A DNA stretch of 64,000 bases. Source: Camelus ferus. Taxonomy: Eukaryota. The notes below the pieces were generated by a model that worked only from the letters and a program-made list of their open reading frames with translations, did not search any database and was not told the origin of the DNA. The position numbers and the translations under genes are program-made. Position 1 is the stretch's first letter; every line of letters starts with the position of its first letter. Location: assembly GCF_009834535.1 (NCBI RefSeq), contig NC_045696.1, positions 76,696,001 through 76,760,000 on the forward strand, in the 5' to 3' direction. Below are positions 37,956 through 51,130 of this stretch, piece by piece.

Positions 37956-40344
37956 ATTTCAACTAGCAAGTGACAGGATATATGATTTTTAAAAATCTTG
38001 TTTTCAATCCTGGACTTTCAAATATGAGTTCTTGGAAAAAGAGAAAGTTGTCACCTGGCAGGTGAACAATCCGGTAGGATGCTGGCCATGAGCTCGCCTG
38101 CTTCTCCTCTGTCTAGAGGCTGTGTCTGTGACGACAGCTTTGTCCCTGGGCAGAACTACAGGAGAGTGAGCAGAATGAAAGGAGGCAAGTGGCTCCCTGG
38201 AGAGTGAACGACCGAAGATGGTGAACTGAACACTGCGGAGGAGGCAGCTGCTCGCCCAGGTTAGGTGACGACACACGGGTTAGGGGAAGGTGTCGCTCAG
38301 CTGTGCGTTGAGGATTGGGTGTGCTATGAGCTCATGGATGAGGCTGAAACAGTGTATATTTAGAAAATTCATCATTAATAGAGCTATGTTTCCCGAAGCC
38401 CACAGTGCTTAGAATCAACTGCAAATACGGTATTTCTTCCTACGGGCTTAGGCTTGAAAGCTATGGATTTCTTTCCTTTATGCCTTTAGGACTTTCTGTA
38501 AGGGTTATTGGTTGTAGTGACCTAAGTACCTTCATCAAGTCACAGTTAAGTCCTTGGGACTGAGCCATGTGCCTCTGTGGGAGGTGATTATAAAAGCTGG
38601 CTTAATTTGCCCTTGAATTATTTATGTAAACATAAATATTGCAGAGGCAGTTAAACCTCAGGTATTTCTTAGGGTGTGGATAAATCAATTTACATTGTGT
38701 TCCTCCAGTTCATTTCAGACGAAGTATTTGACAGGAAGTAGAAATCTTTGTCAAAAGGCAAAATACCCTAAGAATCCATCCCTCCATTAATTTTCTTTGC
38801 TCTCTAAACATACCCTGTAAAGTCATTTCATGTTTTATTGTAATTCTTTCCAACTGCCAGAGATAATAAGTCAAAAGACATTGAGAGTTTTCTCTTGTCA
38901 ATACCAGGAAGTCAATCTTCTGTCTATTCCAGTATAATTTAGCGCAGTGAGAATCAACTGATTTCACAGATATTAACTTTATCGAATATACAAACCGAAG
39001 TGTTATAGGGAAAATTATTTCTCAGTGAACAGCAGAGATAACTTAGCAATCAGGAAATGCAATCTCCTTTTGGTCTTGAAACTCACTCAAAGGCAGGAGT
39101 GCGCCTGAAATCCACCCCCCCTTCTCCCCCACAAAGCAGTGATTTACAGAAATGAGACCTGCGGGATGCGTATTATGCAAACGCTCTGGGGAAGTGAATC
39201 ATAGCACAACCCAGCTAAAATTGATGGCGCTGCAGTGAAAATAAAGTTATTAAATTTGTGGTGAAGGGGAAAATGCAAAAGGTAACACTAACAGCATCTC
39301 ATATAAAACCAATCAGCTACTTCTGAAGCAGTCCTCACTTGCGGCCATCACTTCCCCTGCCCTTCTTTCCCCATCATGTATGTTTAGCCTCTGTCTTAAT
39401 GTTTGGGCTTCTCTCAACAAGCTAGTCAGGATTTCAGATCCTCTATTTTTACCGTAGCTCCAGATTCAGTGCTGCATCTTGTGTATTTTTTTTTCCTTGC
39501 CTATAAGGCCACCAGAGCCATCTCAGAGCCCTCATTCAGAGCCACACTGATTTAATCGAATTTGGGTGCTATTTTCTAGAGCAGCTGAGTATTTCAGAAA
39601 TATGAGTCATCTTTATCGAGATCTTTCCTATGATGGGCACATTGAAATGTCCATAGCAGAGAAACTGAAGGATGAAAAGAGCTTAACTGAAAAAAACAAA
39701 TGTATATATTGTAGCACATTAGAATGGAAGCTACAGGAGGATAGGGGCTTCCCTTGGTACTGATTCAAAAATGAAAATGTTTTTTGATTCCTATTGGTGC
39801 TTTGCACATTATTGGTAATGACACACGACAGATTCCAAGGTACTAGCCCACGTTGTGTTGGGTACACAAGAGGAGAGGTACGATGTGGAGACAAGCTCAA
39901 GGAATTCGCCGTAATCAAAGGTTCTGTGGGCAGCTGGAACACAAGGTGTCACCCCATTCTAGTCCATCCTTTACCATGGAGAGAGTGGCTTTGTTGGAAT
40001 GCCAGTCTCCTCCTAGCCTTCCTTGGCTTCCCACTGCTGTTGGGATAAGGGGCCAGATCTTTACTGTGAACTGGCAAGGGTCTGCGTGCTCTGGTCCCTG
40101 CCTGCCTGTCCCGATTCACCCAGCTCTGCGTGCTGCAACCATGTAGCTGCTTCCTTGAAAACCCTGTACTTTTTCCTGTGCTGGGCACTGCATGTCCAAC
40201 TTTATCTGCCTGCATCCCCCTTGGGCCCCCAATCTACCGACTCCTGCTCATGTTTCATATCTCTACACAAACTTCATCTCTTCAGGGAAAAGTCAGATCT
40301 TTGCCATGTGGGGAAACAGTTCTCTGTGGATTTCTTTCATTCCT

Positions 40345-40898
40345 CATTGGTCCCAGTCTTCTGAGCAAAGGACACGTTTGAACAGCAAACAACCTCGGAA
40401 GCTAGAGATAGTGTTTCCGCAGAGAGAGATTTGGAGACATACCTGCCTAGAGATAAGGCTCTCTCCTTCCCCTCCCTGGAGATGATTGCTTACATTCCAG
40501 AGCAGTAATGACGTTTCCCTTATCTCTAGGCAAGGTTCTCTCCTTCCCCTCCCTGGAGATGATTGCTTACATTCCAGAGCAGTAATGACGTTTCCCTTTC
40601 TCCCTGAATCTCGCTCTCCAGAGGGAGCCAGTGTTCTAGAAGGCATGGCTCCTCCCCTGCGGTGTACCTTACTGCAGGAGCAGGGGATGTCTAATCTAAC
40701 CCTGCTACTCTGTGGAGACTGGGGTGTGGGGAAGTGATACAAGATTCTGCCTGGATGCTGTTTCGATATGAGTGACAACTTATCAGTGTTTCTCACCCCT
40801 GCATCTGGTGTCTTCGGTCACTACCTGTGTATAAAACTGGGAAGCTAGCTTGTTAGCATGCAGGTTGGATGACACTGCTAACCGTTCACAGTTTATGA
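40345..40898 (+). mobile_element. ERVL LTR (MER21/MER68/MER77 group) with internal duplication
   Basis: ctgagcaaaggacacgtttg…agagatagtgtttcc…agctagcttgttagcatgcagg…ttcacagttt. Confidence 0.7.
40460..40598. repeat. Perfect 62-bp direct repeat x2 with 15-bp spacer
   Basis: 40460-40521 is identical to 40537-40598. Confidence 0.97.
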
Positions 40899-42499
40899 CT
40901 TAACACACGACTGGTCAAATCGTCTCTATCAGAGCACCCTGTGCCACTCATTTATGGCACATGTCACAACCAATTTTACATTTATCCATTGATCATTCAA
41001 TACATGTTTATCTCTCCAAATAGAAGGGCAGTGTGTTGCATTTTCTCCCCTGTTGTGTATCTTGCCCCTAAAACAGCCCCTAGTGGATACTTCATTGAAT
41101 GTGGAGAGAGAGCTTAATTCTAATTTAGAGGATGAGGAAAGACTTCCTTAGAGAAGGAGACATTTGAAGTAGGCAGAAGACATTTGGAATCTGAAGATGT
41201 GCATGCCTGGCAGTGGGACCGGAGCAGTCCACGTTGGAGTGGAGCAGTGTGGGTCTGTGGGACCAATTCCTGTGGCTTGGGTGTGGAATGGTCTGTGTGG
41301 GCTAATAGTGCAAAAGGAGTCATTTTTTGGGGCAAATGTCGCTGTATTTCTGAATGTAATAAAGCACAGAAAATCCTGAAGCCCAGTGGAAATTTAAGAG
41401 ACTAATGTGTTTATAGGGGTTTAACTTCACCAAGGCCAAATAGAATCAAGAAGGGAAGGAGTTAAATGTGCCTAAGGATTTGGTTCTTTTCTTTTTTAAA
41501 CATTGCTAGTGAGGAAGGTTATTAATATCTTAAAAAAAAAAGTTTTTCCCCCTTTGGGGATGATTGGAGAAGGAAGAATATGTTAGCTGAAGTGCACTTT
41601 TGAGTGACTAAACTGAATTTAGTATTGGTTAATCCCAAGGTATTTTAGGACCGGGAGAAATAAGAAAAATACTGGGACACCAAACGAAACAAAGCAACTA
41701 ACTCTGGAAGACAAGGTTAACTCTAGTTTGTAAATGAGAAGGTGGAGGCTGGGTGATGTCGCAGATTGGGTGATCCCTAAGGACCGCCCCTGTCACGTGA
41801 CCTCTCTGAGATTCAGGGTTCTTCACAGAGAAGGGATGTAGAGATGCTCCTTAGGGCGTGGTGAGACAGCTCTGCAGGAACTCGTGCAGATACAAGATTA
41901 ATGCATAGATGGAACTTAACTTGAACATTTCTAACAGAGTTAAAAATATTTTTGTGTTTCCTGTATTCCTTTATTTAAATCAAACATGAAATTGGGAATT
42001 AAATGATCTCTCAAGGATTCTCTTAAGGAAAAAGGATAAGAATATGAAATCATGTCTCAAATCTGCAAGAAAATCTTTTCTCAGGGATTGTCCTCAGCAA
42101 TAATGTACAAAAGTTATCTTTGATGGGACTGTCATGACTACATCTCTGTCCTTTTTAATATTTTAGGGCCTTCATTCATTCTTGAGTTTTCCTGAATTTG
42201 GTCATAATCTCTAGGGCTTTTTGATTCAGAAAAATGCCACTTGTCTTTTTACTAAAGGGCCACGGAGAGCTGTGCCTCTTGAAAGTAACAGGGTTGACTT
42301 TTTACAACTTCTCAGCTTTTTACCTCCGTTTCTGTTGCTGTGAGTGTACCTGGTCTGATTCTAGCAGCATTCTTGCCCCTTCCTGTGCTGTGGTCATTGA
42401 CCTTCTCTGGAGGGAGAGTCCTGGTGAAACAAGCTGGTTGGAGTTGTGTGTAAAGTACGTGGCGGTCCACTCTGAGCCACAGCCTAGGAGCTGCATCCG

Positions 42500-43450
42500 T
42501 TAGCAGCAGGAGGGGCTGCACGTTGAGGAGAAACCCATAGCAACACTGGCTTAAACAGGATACGTCTGTTCCTCACATAATGTAAATCGGGAGGTAGGTA
42601 ATTCAGGGCTGGTGCGGGGCCATGGCCGATTTTATTTTTTTAAAGGTGGCTGTAGCCATGTCTTTCCTTACATTATGATCTGGCTGTTCCCTTCCTCCTC
42701 CCCTGGAGGCGGCCCTGAGGCCCCGCTCCCTGCACCTGGGCAGAGCTTGGGCTTGCCACCACCGGTAGAGCGCAGCAGAAGTGACAGCCTGTGTCCTCCA
42801 GGCGGGGCCCCAAAGGGCCGTGGGAGCTGTCATTCCTGTTGCTGTGCTGTGAGGAAGCCCAGGCCATGCTGCGAAGCTATGGGCAAGAGTCCCAGCCGAG
42901 AGGAAACATAAGCCTCCGCGTGTGAGGCAGGATGTCCACATGATGGCTCCAGCCCCACGAGAGAAACCTTGAACAGGAACTGCCTCACCGAGCCTTCGTC
43001 AACCCTTGGGAGCATGAGAGAGAGTGGCAGTAGACAATTGCTGCTTTCTGTCATTAAACCATCTTTGGTGGTTTGCTACTCAAGTGTAAGACTGGAAGAA
43101 GGACTCAGAGTTCTCACTAACTCAGGCTCCTTCCAGCGCTTGTTCTGTTCTCTCCAGCACGTAACTATCATCCTCATGTTTTAAGAAGCTGCTGGAGTGC
43201 TGGTCACCACATCTGCATTCCAGGCAGCAGGATGGAGGTAAAGAAGAAGAGTGTACTTCCTCCCTTCCAGGGAAACTTCCTGGAATCTCATGCAATATGT
43301 CTAGGTTTTGGTGGCCAGAATTTAGTCTCACAGTCATTCTTAGCAGCAGGGAAGAGTGCGTAATGAATCTTTTATTTTGTGTTGTACCCAACAAAAATTG
43401 GGCTGTTTAGGAGGAAGGGCAGAATGTCTGTTGGATTAGATAGTTGGTAG
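42500..43450 (-). mobile_element. Old MLT1J/K-like LTR split by a plus-strand MLT1F-like LTR (~42622-43099)
   Basis: Outer element: actggcttaaaca…ggaggtagg…cagggctgg and caccacatctgcattccaggcagcagga. Inner element: agcagaagtgac…tgctgtgaggaagcccaggcca…ctggaa. Confidence 0.7.
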
Positions 43451-45095
43451 TTTTGAGACCTTTTCATGAGCCAAATGCATGAGTTTTAATGTACAGAAAC
43501 TGGCACTATTTTACTATATTCTCAATATTTTGGTTGATGGCTGGATGACTTCTGTGTATCGCTTTGACTGTAAGTGAATGTCAGCGTGCTGCTTCTGTTA
43601 TTTCTGTGTTGCTGTGGTAGCTGATAAGCAATGCCTGATAAGGCTCCTTCAGAAGTCCTGTTAAAATACCCACAAATGACCACAAAAATGTGGGCACCAA
43701 AGCTGTAAACTGAGGAAAAAAACAGAAATAGTTGAGTTCAGATAGACTGTATTTATACTACAACATGGCTGGGATTAGATTTTGAAAAACATTTTATGGC
43801 TTTACATCATCCACCTGCCAGAACATTATGGAGAGAGGTCTTGTGTGAAGGCCAGTGATCTCCCTCAAGTCTGGGACCCTGTGTTCTCTGCACTCCGTCA
43901 TTTGGGAAACTGCCTTGCATTTGCCTAAGAATGATCTTCTGAATCCAGCAGTATCTGTTCTATTTTCCCCAAATATCCCACCCTGCCTGCACCCCCCGTG
44001 ACCATTCCCCGCTGACTTTCATTAAGAGGTTGATTTGAGGGGTCCAACTTCCAGGACTCAGCGTGGTCGGTAGGGAGTCTTGGAGGATGGGCCGTGAGGC
44101 CCCGTGTCATGGAGATCGCATCGCTTTAGAAAGGCCTTGCTGGAAGCGTAGAGCTGGGGAGCTAAGCGAGGCAGAGCAGACCAGGGTAGGGTGGGCTGGG
44201 CTGGCTCCTTGTGAACAACTCTGCCGAATGACTTAGAACACGTGCAGGAGAAGGGTCCACTTGATGGGCGCCGGCAGGCTGCACAGCGGGGCTAGAGGCT
44301 GGGCACACTGAACTTCCCTCCGGGACTAGGTCACATGGAGGAGAGTGTCCAGTTCCCAGGTGGCCTGGGAGGGAGACTCACCCTCTGTCTGTGTGGGAGG
44401 AGAGAGCGCACATTCATCTCACGCAGAGAGCGGTAATCCAGTTTCCCCTAGACTCAGTCAGGTGGAGAAAATTCACAAACAAAAACCTTAACAAACTGAC
44501 ATCAACAACAAGCAACAACAAATAAAGCCTTATGGGAGTATCTCAAGGCCATTAAAGATTCTGTGTAATGTTTGCTCTCCCACAAGCACACCCACAGGCC
44601 GGTGTGATGAGAACTGATGTTCAGCATGAGAACCCACAGACATGGCAAGATTTTCAATCATCAGATACTGTTACATTGTCTATGTTCTGTTTGCTAACGC
44701 GGAGAAGCAGACATTTGAAGAAAGGATTTCCATAATAAGAATTGGTTTTGGTTTCACAGACACTGTGCTCTCCTGGTGGCGTTTGTTTGCTGGTGTAATT
44801 CAGAGTCCTACCAGCAAGCAACCCAGACAGTGCCACGTGCAAGGAGAAAATGTTGCACGTTTGCTTTTGGGTGACCTAGAAACAAAATAACATAAAATGA
44901 AAAAAACCCAAAAACCAAAAAACAAAACCACAACAACTTTTTAACTACTCTGCAGCCTCCAGTCATAGCCTCATAGATCCTCCGTTGGTCTGTCCGTTTG
45001 TTGTCCACACTACCTCTTAACATGGATGAGCAGAGATGGATGCTTATAGAATTTATTGTATTACAGTTCATTTTGTTTATGCCATTCAAATGTTT

Positions 45096-45446
45096 TGTTA
45101 GGAACTGAATATTTGGGTCCCTCAAAATTCGTATGCTGAGGTCCTGATCCCCAGTGTGACGGTATTGGGAGGTGAGGCCTTTCGGAGGTGACTAGGCTTA
45201 GACCAGGCCACGATGGTGGGGCCTCAGGGTGGGGTCTGTGGCCTTAGAAGAGGAGAAGTCTCTCCACCTGCCAGTGAGCACCGCGAGAAGGCAGCCCTCC
45301 GAACAGGGAGACAGCGCTCACCAGCAACGGAGCTGGCTGGCCCCTTGATCTTGGGTTTTCCAGCCTCCAGAACAGTGAGAAGATAGATTTTTGTTGTTAA
45401 GTCACCCACTTTACAATAATTTGCTACAGCAGCCCAAGCTAATACA
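45096..45446 (+). mobile_element. MLT1A LTR
   Basis: ccctcaaaattcgtatgctga…ccttgatcttgg…ccagcctccagaacagtgaga…acagcagcccaagctaataca. Confidence 0.9.
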
Positions 45447-45479
45447 GATTGCTGTCTAATAGCAATGATGTTGCTGATC

Positions 45480-45690
45480 ACAGCTAATGTCAGAGTGCTT
45501 GCCGTTCACCAGGCCTTGTCTTAGATATTTTACACAAGAGCTTTAAGTCTCCACACCAGCACTGTGGGGTGGGTATTGTTAATTGGTCCCATTTGACAGA
45601 TAAGCAGGGGTTAAGTTACTGAACCAAGGCCCTTCGGTCAGTACACGGTAGAGCTGGGACTTGAACCCAAGCCTGACCGCAAAGACTATG
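45480..45690 (-). mobile_element. MIR
   Basis: cccatttgacagataag…ggtagagctgggacttgaacccaag. Confidence 0.75.
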
Positions 45691-45849
45691 TCCCTTTCCG
45701 AGACTAGGGACGGTACCTCATTTCTGGAAACCATCAGTTAGCAGTTGTGGTCGGTGTGCTGTTATGCTTTGTTGTGTAAAGTGTGTGTCTGTCTGCATCT
45801 GCTGCCCACGGCATCCCCAGGAATAGGTGTTACTGATCTGGCCTTAAAC

Positions 45850-46358
45850 ACAGGCATCCTTGGGTCACAACTCGTGCTCCTTCCGCCGCCTCGCCTGCCG
45901 CAGTCCCTGCTGGACAGACGCTGTTAGTGCCCGCACTAACAGGTCTCACCGTGTCATCGTCTGGCAGCCGCATTCAGCTACCAGAACACATCTCCCTTGC
46001 TGAGGGCTTTCCTGGCTGCTGGAGCGAACCTGCCCACGTGCCCAGCAGGCCCGAGTTGCCTGGTGTCAATGCCCTCCTGCTTCCCCCGGCCAAGGACCGA
46101 TGGGAGTTGGTGTGTAAATTCTCTGCTCCCTCACCAGGTTTGGCGAGCCTCCGCGGTGTGTGTTCCCCACAGGCTCCCAGACTTCCCTCCTTTGTGGCAT
46201 GAAGCTCCCATTGCCTTTTGGGTGATTTGCTTGAGGACACATCCTTTGATGTCTGCCTTCTCTTCCCTGTCTTGTGCCCCCGTTCCCTTAACTCTCAAAG
46301 TCCTCACACTCGAATTCCTTGTCTCACGTTCTGTTGATGGAGGAACACAAACTGACAG
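45850..46358 (+). mobile_element. LTR16-family ERVL LTR
   Basis: gaccgatgggagttggtgtgtaaat…ctcgaattccttgtctcac…ggaggaacacaaactgaca. Confidence 0.75.
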
Positions 46359-47627
46359 CCCTGTGTTGTTGTGTGACAGTCATTACGTCCTGTACTGGGC
46401 ACTTTAGGCCTCCATTATTTTATCTCCTCTCCCCAGTCATCCTGCAAATGGTGTGACTATGTAGGTTTTCCTCCTGACACTTAGACTCGCCTGTGTTATG
46501 AATTCAAGAGCGACGTTAAGGAGATAAGCCTGCCCATTCCTTGGAGCCTCTGCGGGGCGGGGCTGGGTTCATGATGCAGACTCACCCTGGGCTCTCAGGG
46601 TGACGTGTGTAGACTTGACTCACGCTCGCTCTGATCACATGCTCTCCTGACATGCTTGACAAACACTTGAGTGTGGGTTTGGCCACTCGTTCAAGGCAGT
46701 GGTTATCTTGACCCTCACCCTGATTTTGAATTTTCCCCAGGGCTGAGTGCTTCGTAGATATTTCCCCTATGCTTGTGTTTGGAAGTGTGTATACTGTTTG
46801 TTTGATTTGTAAGTTACTCCACACATGCTGTGTGTTTTCCCTTGAACATCTGTGTCATAGCTGGGATAGTTGTCTATCACATTAAAAAGAAGTTCATTTG
46901 AACGTTTTTAATTCCAGGTTTGCCAGGACTAAAGTTTTGGAGTTCACCTTTGCACAGTGTATTGAGGGGGTTAAAGGGCCTGTTAAGTTTGGCATGAACA
47001 GGCTTGTCTGGCAAATATTTACCTAAGAGAAGCTTTTCTTTTATTGTTGAAGCTACTGTTTCGCATACATTGATAAGTTAAGCAGAAGCAAACAGACCTG
47101 ACTTCGTTACAGTTTTGACAACCATCCTTGTCTATTTACTGATGCAGAACATTTGCCAGGTGACACTGGGGTTGGAATGAAGGGAGACGGGAGGGTTCGC
47201 TCACTGGCCAGGGTGTATGGCACATCTCTACCCTCACTTTACTGTCACTCCGGGCTGGCCTACTGGACCGTGGACAGAGTGGTGCTGTTGTATCTGTGTG
47301 TGTGCTTAGTGAAGAGGGGAGATTTACTTAAGCATGAAGCCGTGGCACTCGTAGAGGGTGTAATGGCTGCTTTTTTGGGGGGCTGCCCAGCTCTGAGTAC
47401 TCCAACCTGCTTTGGTGCATAGGAAGGGTCTCCCAGCTGCCACCTGCCACATCTGGTCCAGTATGACCTTGCTTTCTCACCAATGGCTAATTTTCTTCAG
47501 TGATATCCTCTGAATATAAACTGGCCACTGATCCTCACTCTCCTGGGAATTTTAGAATTTGACCTAAAAACAGTGGACCTGGGAGTCATTAATGTTAATG
47601 TGATATTAATGCCAACATTCCAGAGAA

Positions 47628-47800
47628 GGAGTTCTTGACCCTGGCTATACATTAAGATCAGCTGGGGAGCTTTTAAAATGTACTTACCCATGAGACTCAC
47701 CCCCCAGAGATTTCTGTGTAATTTGAGTAGAGCCAGGACACTGCTTATTTTTCCACCTTCACTCGTGATTCTATTATGTAATCAAGGTTAAAAATCAATG
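47628..47800. mobile_element. MER5A/B (hAT-Charlie)
   Basis: ccctggctatacattaagatcagctggggagcttttaaaa…cacccccagagatt…gtgattcta. Confidence 0.8.
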
Positions 47801-48829
47801 CCCTGTAAGAAATTGGCAGTGAAGCCTTGGAGCATCACAAACTCATTCTAGTGTCCTAATACATTCTCTCTCTCTCTCCCTCAATGTCTCTCTGAATCTA
47901 GCCAGAATCAATATTTATTTCTCTCTACCAGGAGAACCTTAATTAATAGAGATGATTTCAGTGTCAGGATTACCATCTTTGGAATTTTTTTGTTTATGGA
48001 AACATATCAGTTAGCCATATGACCTCCTATTTTGCTATTATGCATCTGGGTTTTTAGACATTGCTATTCTGGGTTTCCCAGTATTAAAGGGTCATACATA
48101 TTTCCCCAAGGATATGACTATTCTAAGACTTAACAGGTACTAATTCTATGCCATTATTTTAGCTTCCAATGTTCATGTCTGCATAATTCTTGTCACACTG
48201 GCCAGACGAACTTTTGGGAGTGACCAGTAAGGATAGACAGCCAGTGTGTACACGTGTGTGTGTATTTCAGTGAAACTGCAGTGCCAGTCCTCACACCTTC
48301 ATATACTGTACAGTACCTCACTCACCTTTCTTCTTTTGGGGGCTGTTCTTTTTCTTATTTCCTCCACATGATTTCAAAGGGATGAGAAATTTTATTTGAG
48401 CATTTTCTTGCTTATTATCATCCGTCTGAAAAACAGTTGCCAATAGATTATATGTTGGTATCACCAAATATCCACAGAGTCACGCATACATATAATCAAG
48501 TTTCAGTGCAGTCAAGTTGCCAGATGTTTTGGGCATGGCTGCCTGGCCAGTGACCAGCTGAGGCTTCTGGTCCTGGACTCAGCGTGCGTGTGTGTGTGAT
48601 CCCCAGCTATGCTGCTCAGCTGGCGTGTGGTGCCGTCCTGGCATGGGGGTCCTGTCAGCCAGTCCCACAAGCATGCATGCCACCCAGAAATAGAACCAGA
48701 GGGCCCATTTCTTCCTCTGCACTGTCAGCTGAGATGTCCTTTCAAAATGGCTTAGGATAATTTTGCAAGTGTGGAGCCTGTCTGTTTAGTACCATAACTT
48801 ATTTTACATCCTTAAAGGTTCAGAGAACC

Positions 48830-49530
48830 TTTTTAATTGAAATATAGTTGATGAACAATATTACATTAGTGTACTACATAGTGACTTGACATTTGCATAC
48901 ATTATAAAGTGGTCACCATGATAAGTCTGATAACATCTGTCTCCATGCAAAGCTATTGCCGTATTACTGACCACATTACTTGTGCTGTTACTGCATCCTC
49001 ATGGCTTATTGGTTTTTTTTTTTTGTATCTCTTTCACCTACTTCATTCAACCCTCCATCCTCTTCCCCTCTGGCAACCACCCATTGGTTTTCTGTATCTA
49101 TGAGTCTGTTTTTGTTTTTTCAGGTTTCACTTATAAGTGTGATTATATGGTGTTTGTCTTTGTCTGACTTATTTCACTTAGCACAATACCCTTCATGTCC
49201 ATCCATGTTGTTGCAGATGGCAAGACCTTTTAATGACTGTATAATATTCCATTGTACATATATATACACCACAGCTCCCTTATCTGTTCATCTAGTGATG
49301 GACACTGAGGTTACTTCCATATCTTGGCTATTGTAGATAAGACTGTAATGAACATTCATGTGCATATGTATCTTTTTGAATTACTGTTTTTGTTTTCTTC
49401 GGGTAAATACTCAGAAGTGAAATTGCTGGATCATATGGCTGTTTGATTCTTAATTTTTTGAGGAACTTCTGTATTGTTTCTCACAGTGGATGCACCCATG
49501 TACTTTTTCACCAACAGTGCCTGAGGGTTG
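48830..49530 (-). mobile_element. L1 (L1MA9-like) 3' fragment
   Basis: aattgaaatatagttga…tctgacttatttcacttagcacaatacc…aattgctggatcatatgg…caccaacagtg. Confidence 0.9.
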
Positions 49531-50267
49531 GTAGAACCCAATGATCTTTAATTGAAAATCCTGGTCACAGATGACTATGAGATTTAATAATGTTAGTCCA
49601 CTCTTGAAATTTCACTACCAAGATTGAGCCAAAGAGCTTTTGTGAGTCTCTTGGAGTCACCGAGCCAGCTGCACACTTGGTTGTGCATTACTGTGCTGAG
49701 GAGATGCCACTACTCACCTCGCCTTCAGCACAGGGCACAACTTCTAGTTTGTTTTAAAGTGAAGGATGGTAAAGTGGGTTGGGAATCAAGAGACAATCAA
49801 GAGATAAATATTTGGGTTACATTTCTACCCTAGGGGTTTGAGTAACTCTGATTTAAGCAGGCTGGCATTTGATGATAATTCACTGAAAAATTGCCATGCC
49901 GTTCATCACTGTGTCACTCAGAGTGCCTTCAGGAGTGATCATTCCTTTGATGCTCACTCCCAAGCAGACAAAACAAAAGACGCTTAAAGCCCATCCCACG
50001 TGTAGCTGGCAGCCGTAGTACCGCCCTGTGGTGGGAGCAGAGTGAGCTGGTCCTAGCATGTCTTCCTCTGGCTTCTTGCTTCCTGCTTATGCTGAGTTCT
50101 TACTTGCTGTCCTCCGTCAGACCTCCTGACCTGTTTGTTCCTTTCTGTTTTTCATCAATACCATATATGGAAGACAAGTTTGCCTTTCATTTTTCACCAC
50201 ATTTCTCTCATCTAAGACACTATGTCTAACAGGCTTCTACTGAAAACCTAGAGATAAAGAGTGTGTG

Positions 50268-50651
50268 TGTTACGGGCTGACTTGTGCACCCCTACATTCA
50301 TACGTAGAAGTCCTAGCCTCCGTTTCCTCAGAAGGTGACTGGGTTTGCAGATAGGTGTTCAAAGAGTAATTAAGTTTAAATGAGGTCATTGGTGTGGGTC
50401 GTAAGCCAGTGACTGATGTCCTTATAAATCGAGGAGATAAAGACACTGACACATACAGAAGAAAGGACCACATGAAGACACAGGGAGAAGACCATCTACC
50501 AGCCACAGAGAGAGTTCTCAGAAGAGACCAAGCCTGTCGACACTCTGATCTCAGACTTCTAGTCTGCGGAGTTGCGAGAAAATACATTTCTGCTGTTTAA
50601 GCCGCCCAGGCTGTGGTGACTCGTTACGGCAGCCCTGGAGAAATGAATACA
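50268..50651 (+). mobile_element. MLT1B-type LTR
   Basis: tgttacgggctga…aaatgaggtcatt…gactgatgtccttataa…tgtttaagccgcccagg…ggcagccctgg…aataca. Confidence 0.9.
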
Positions 50652-50859
50652 GGGGGCAATTTCAGAGCACAGCACTGCACAGGAGGCAGTTTACACCTGA
50701 AGAGCAGCCGTCTTTACTTCACAGCTGTCTTGGCTTCCTGCACACTGAAAATTTCTCCCAGCATCTTCTCTTCTTACTATCGTCTTTTCCTCATGGTGTC
50801 TGTGCGTTTCTCCTCAGACCTCTTATCTTTCCTGATTCTACATCCAGGGAGGAGGAACT

Positions 50860-51130
50860 CTGACCTTGTTAAGGAGAGATGGACTTCTGGGGGAAGCAGA
50901 GCGGCTCCTGGGGGGCCGAGAGGCCTGGAGCCCCTGTGTGGGCTCCTCCACTTCCCAGCGGCAGGGTTTGGCGTGGATCGCTGGACCTCTTCATCTATCA
51001 GTGTCCTTCCCTGTGAACTGGGGATAGTGTTGGCACTTACCTTTCCGGTGTCATTCTGATGATTAAATAAAACAGTGCATGTAAAGCACTTAGCAGGTGC
51101 TGAGCTAAACAAACACAGACCGTTATTATG
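50860..51130 (+). mobile_element. MIR
   Basis: gatgattaaataaaacagtgcatgtaaagcacttagca. Confidence 0.65.
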
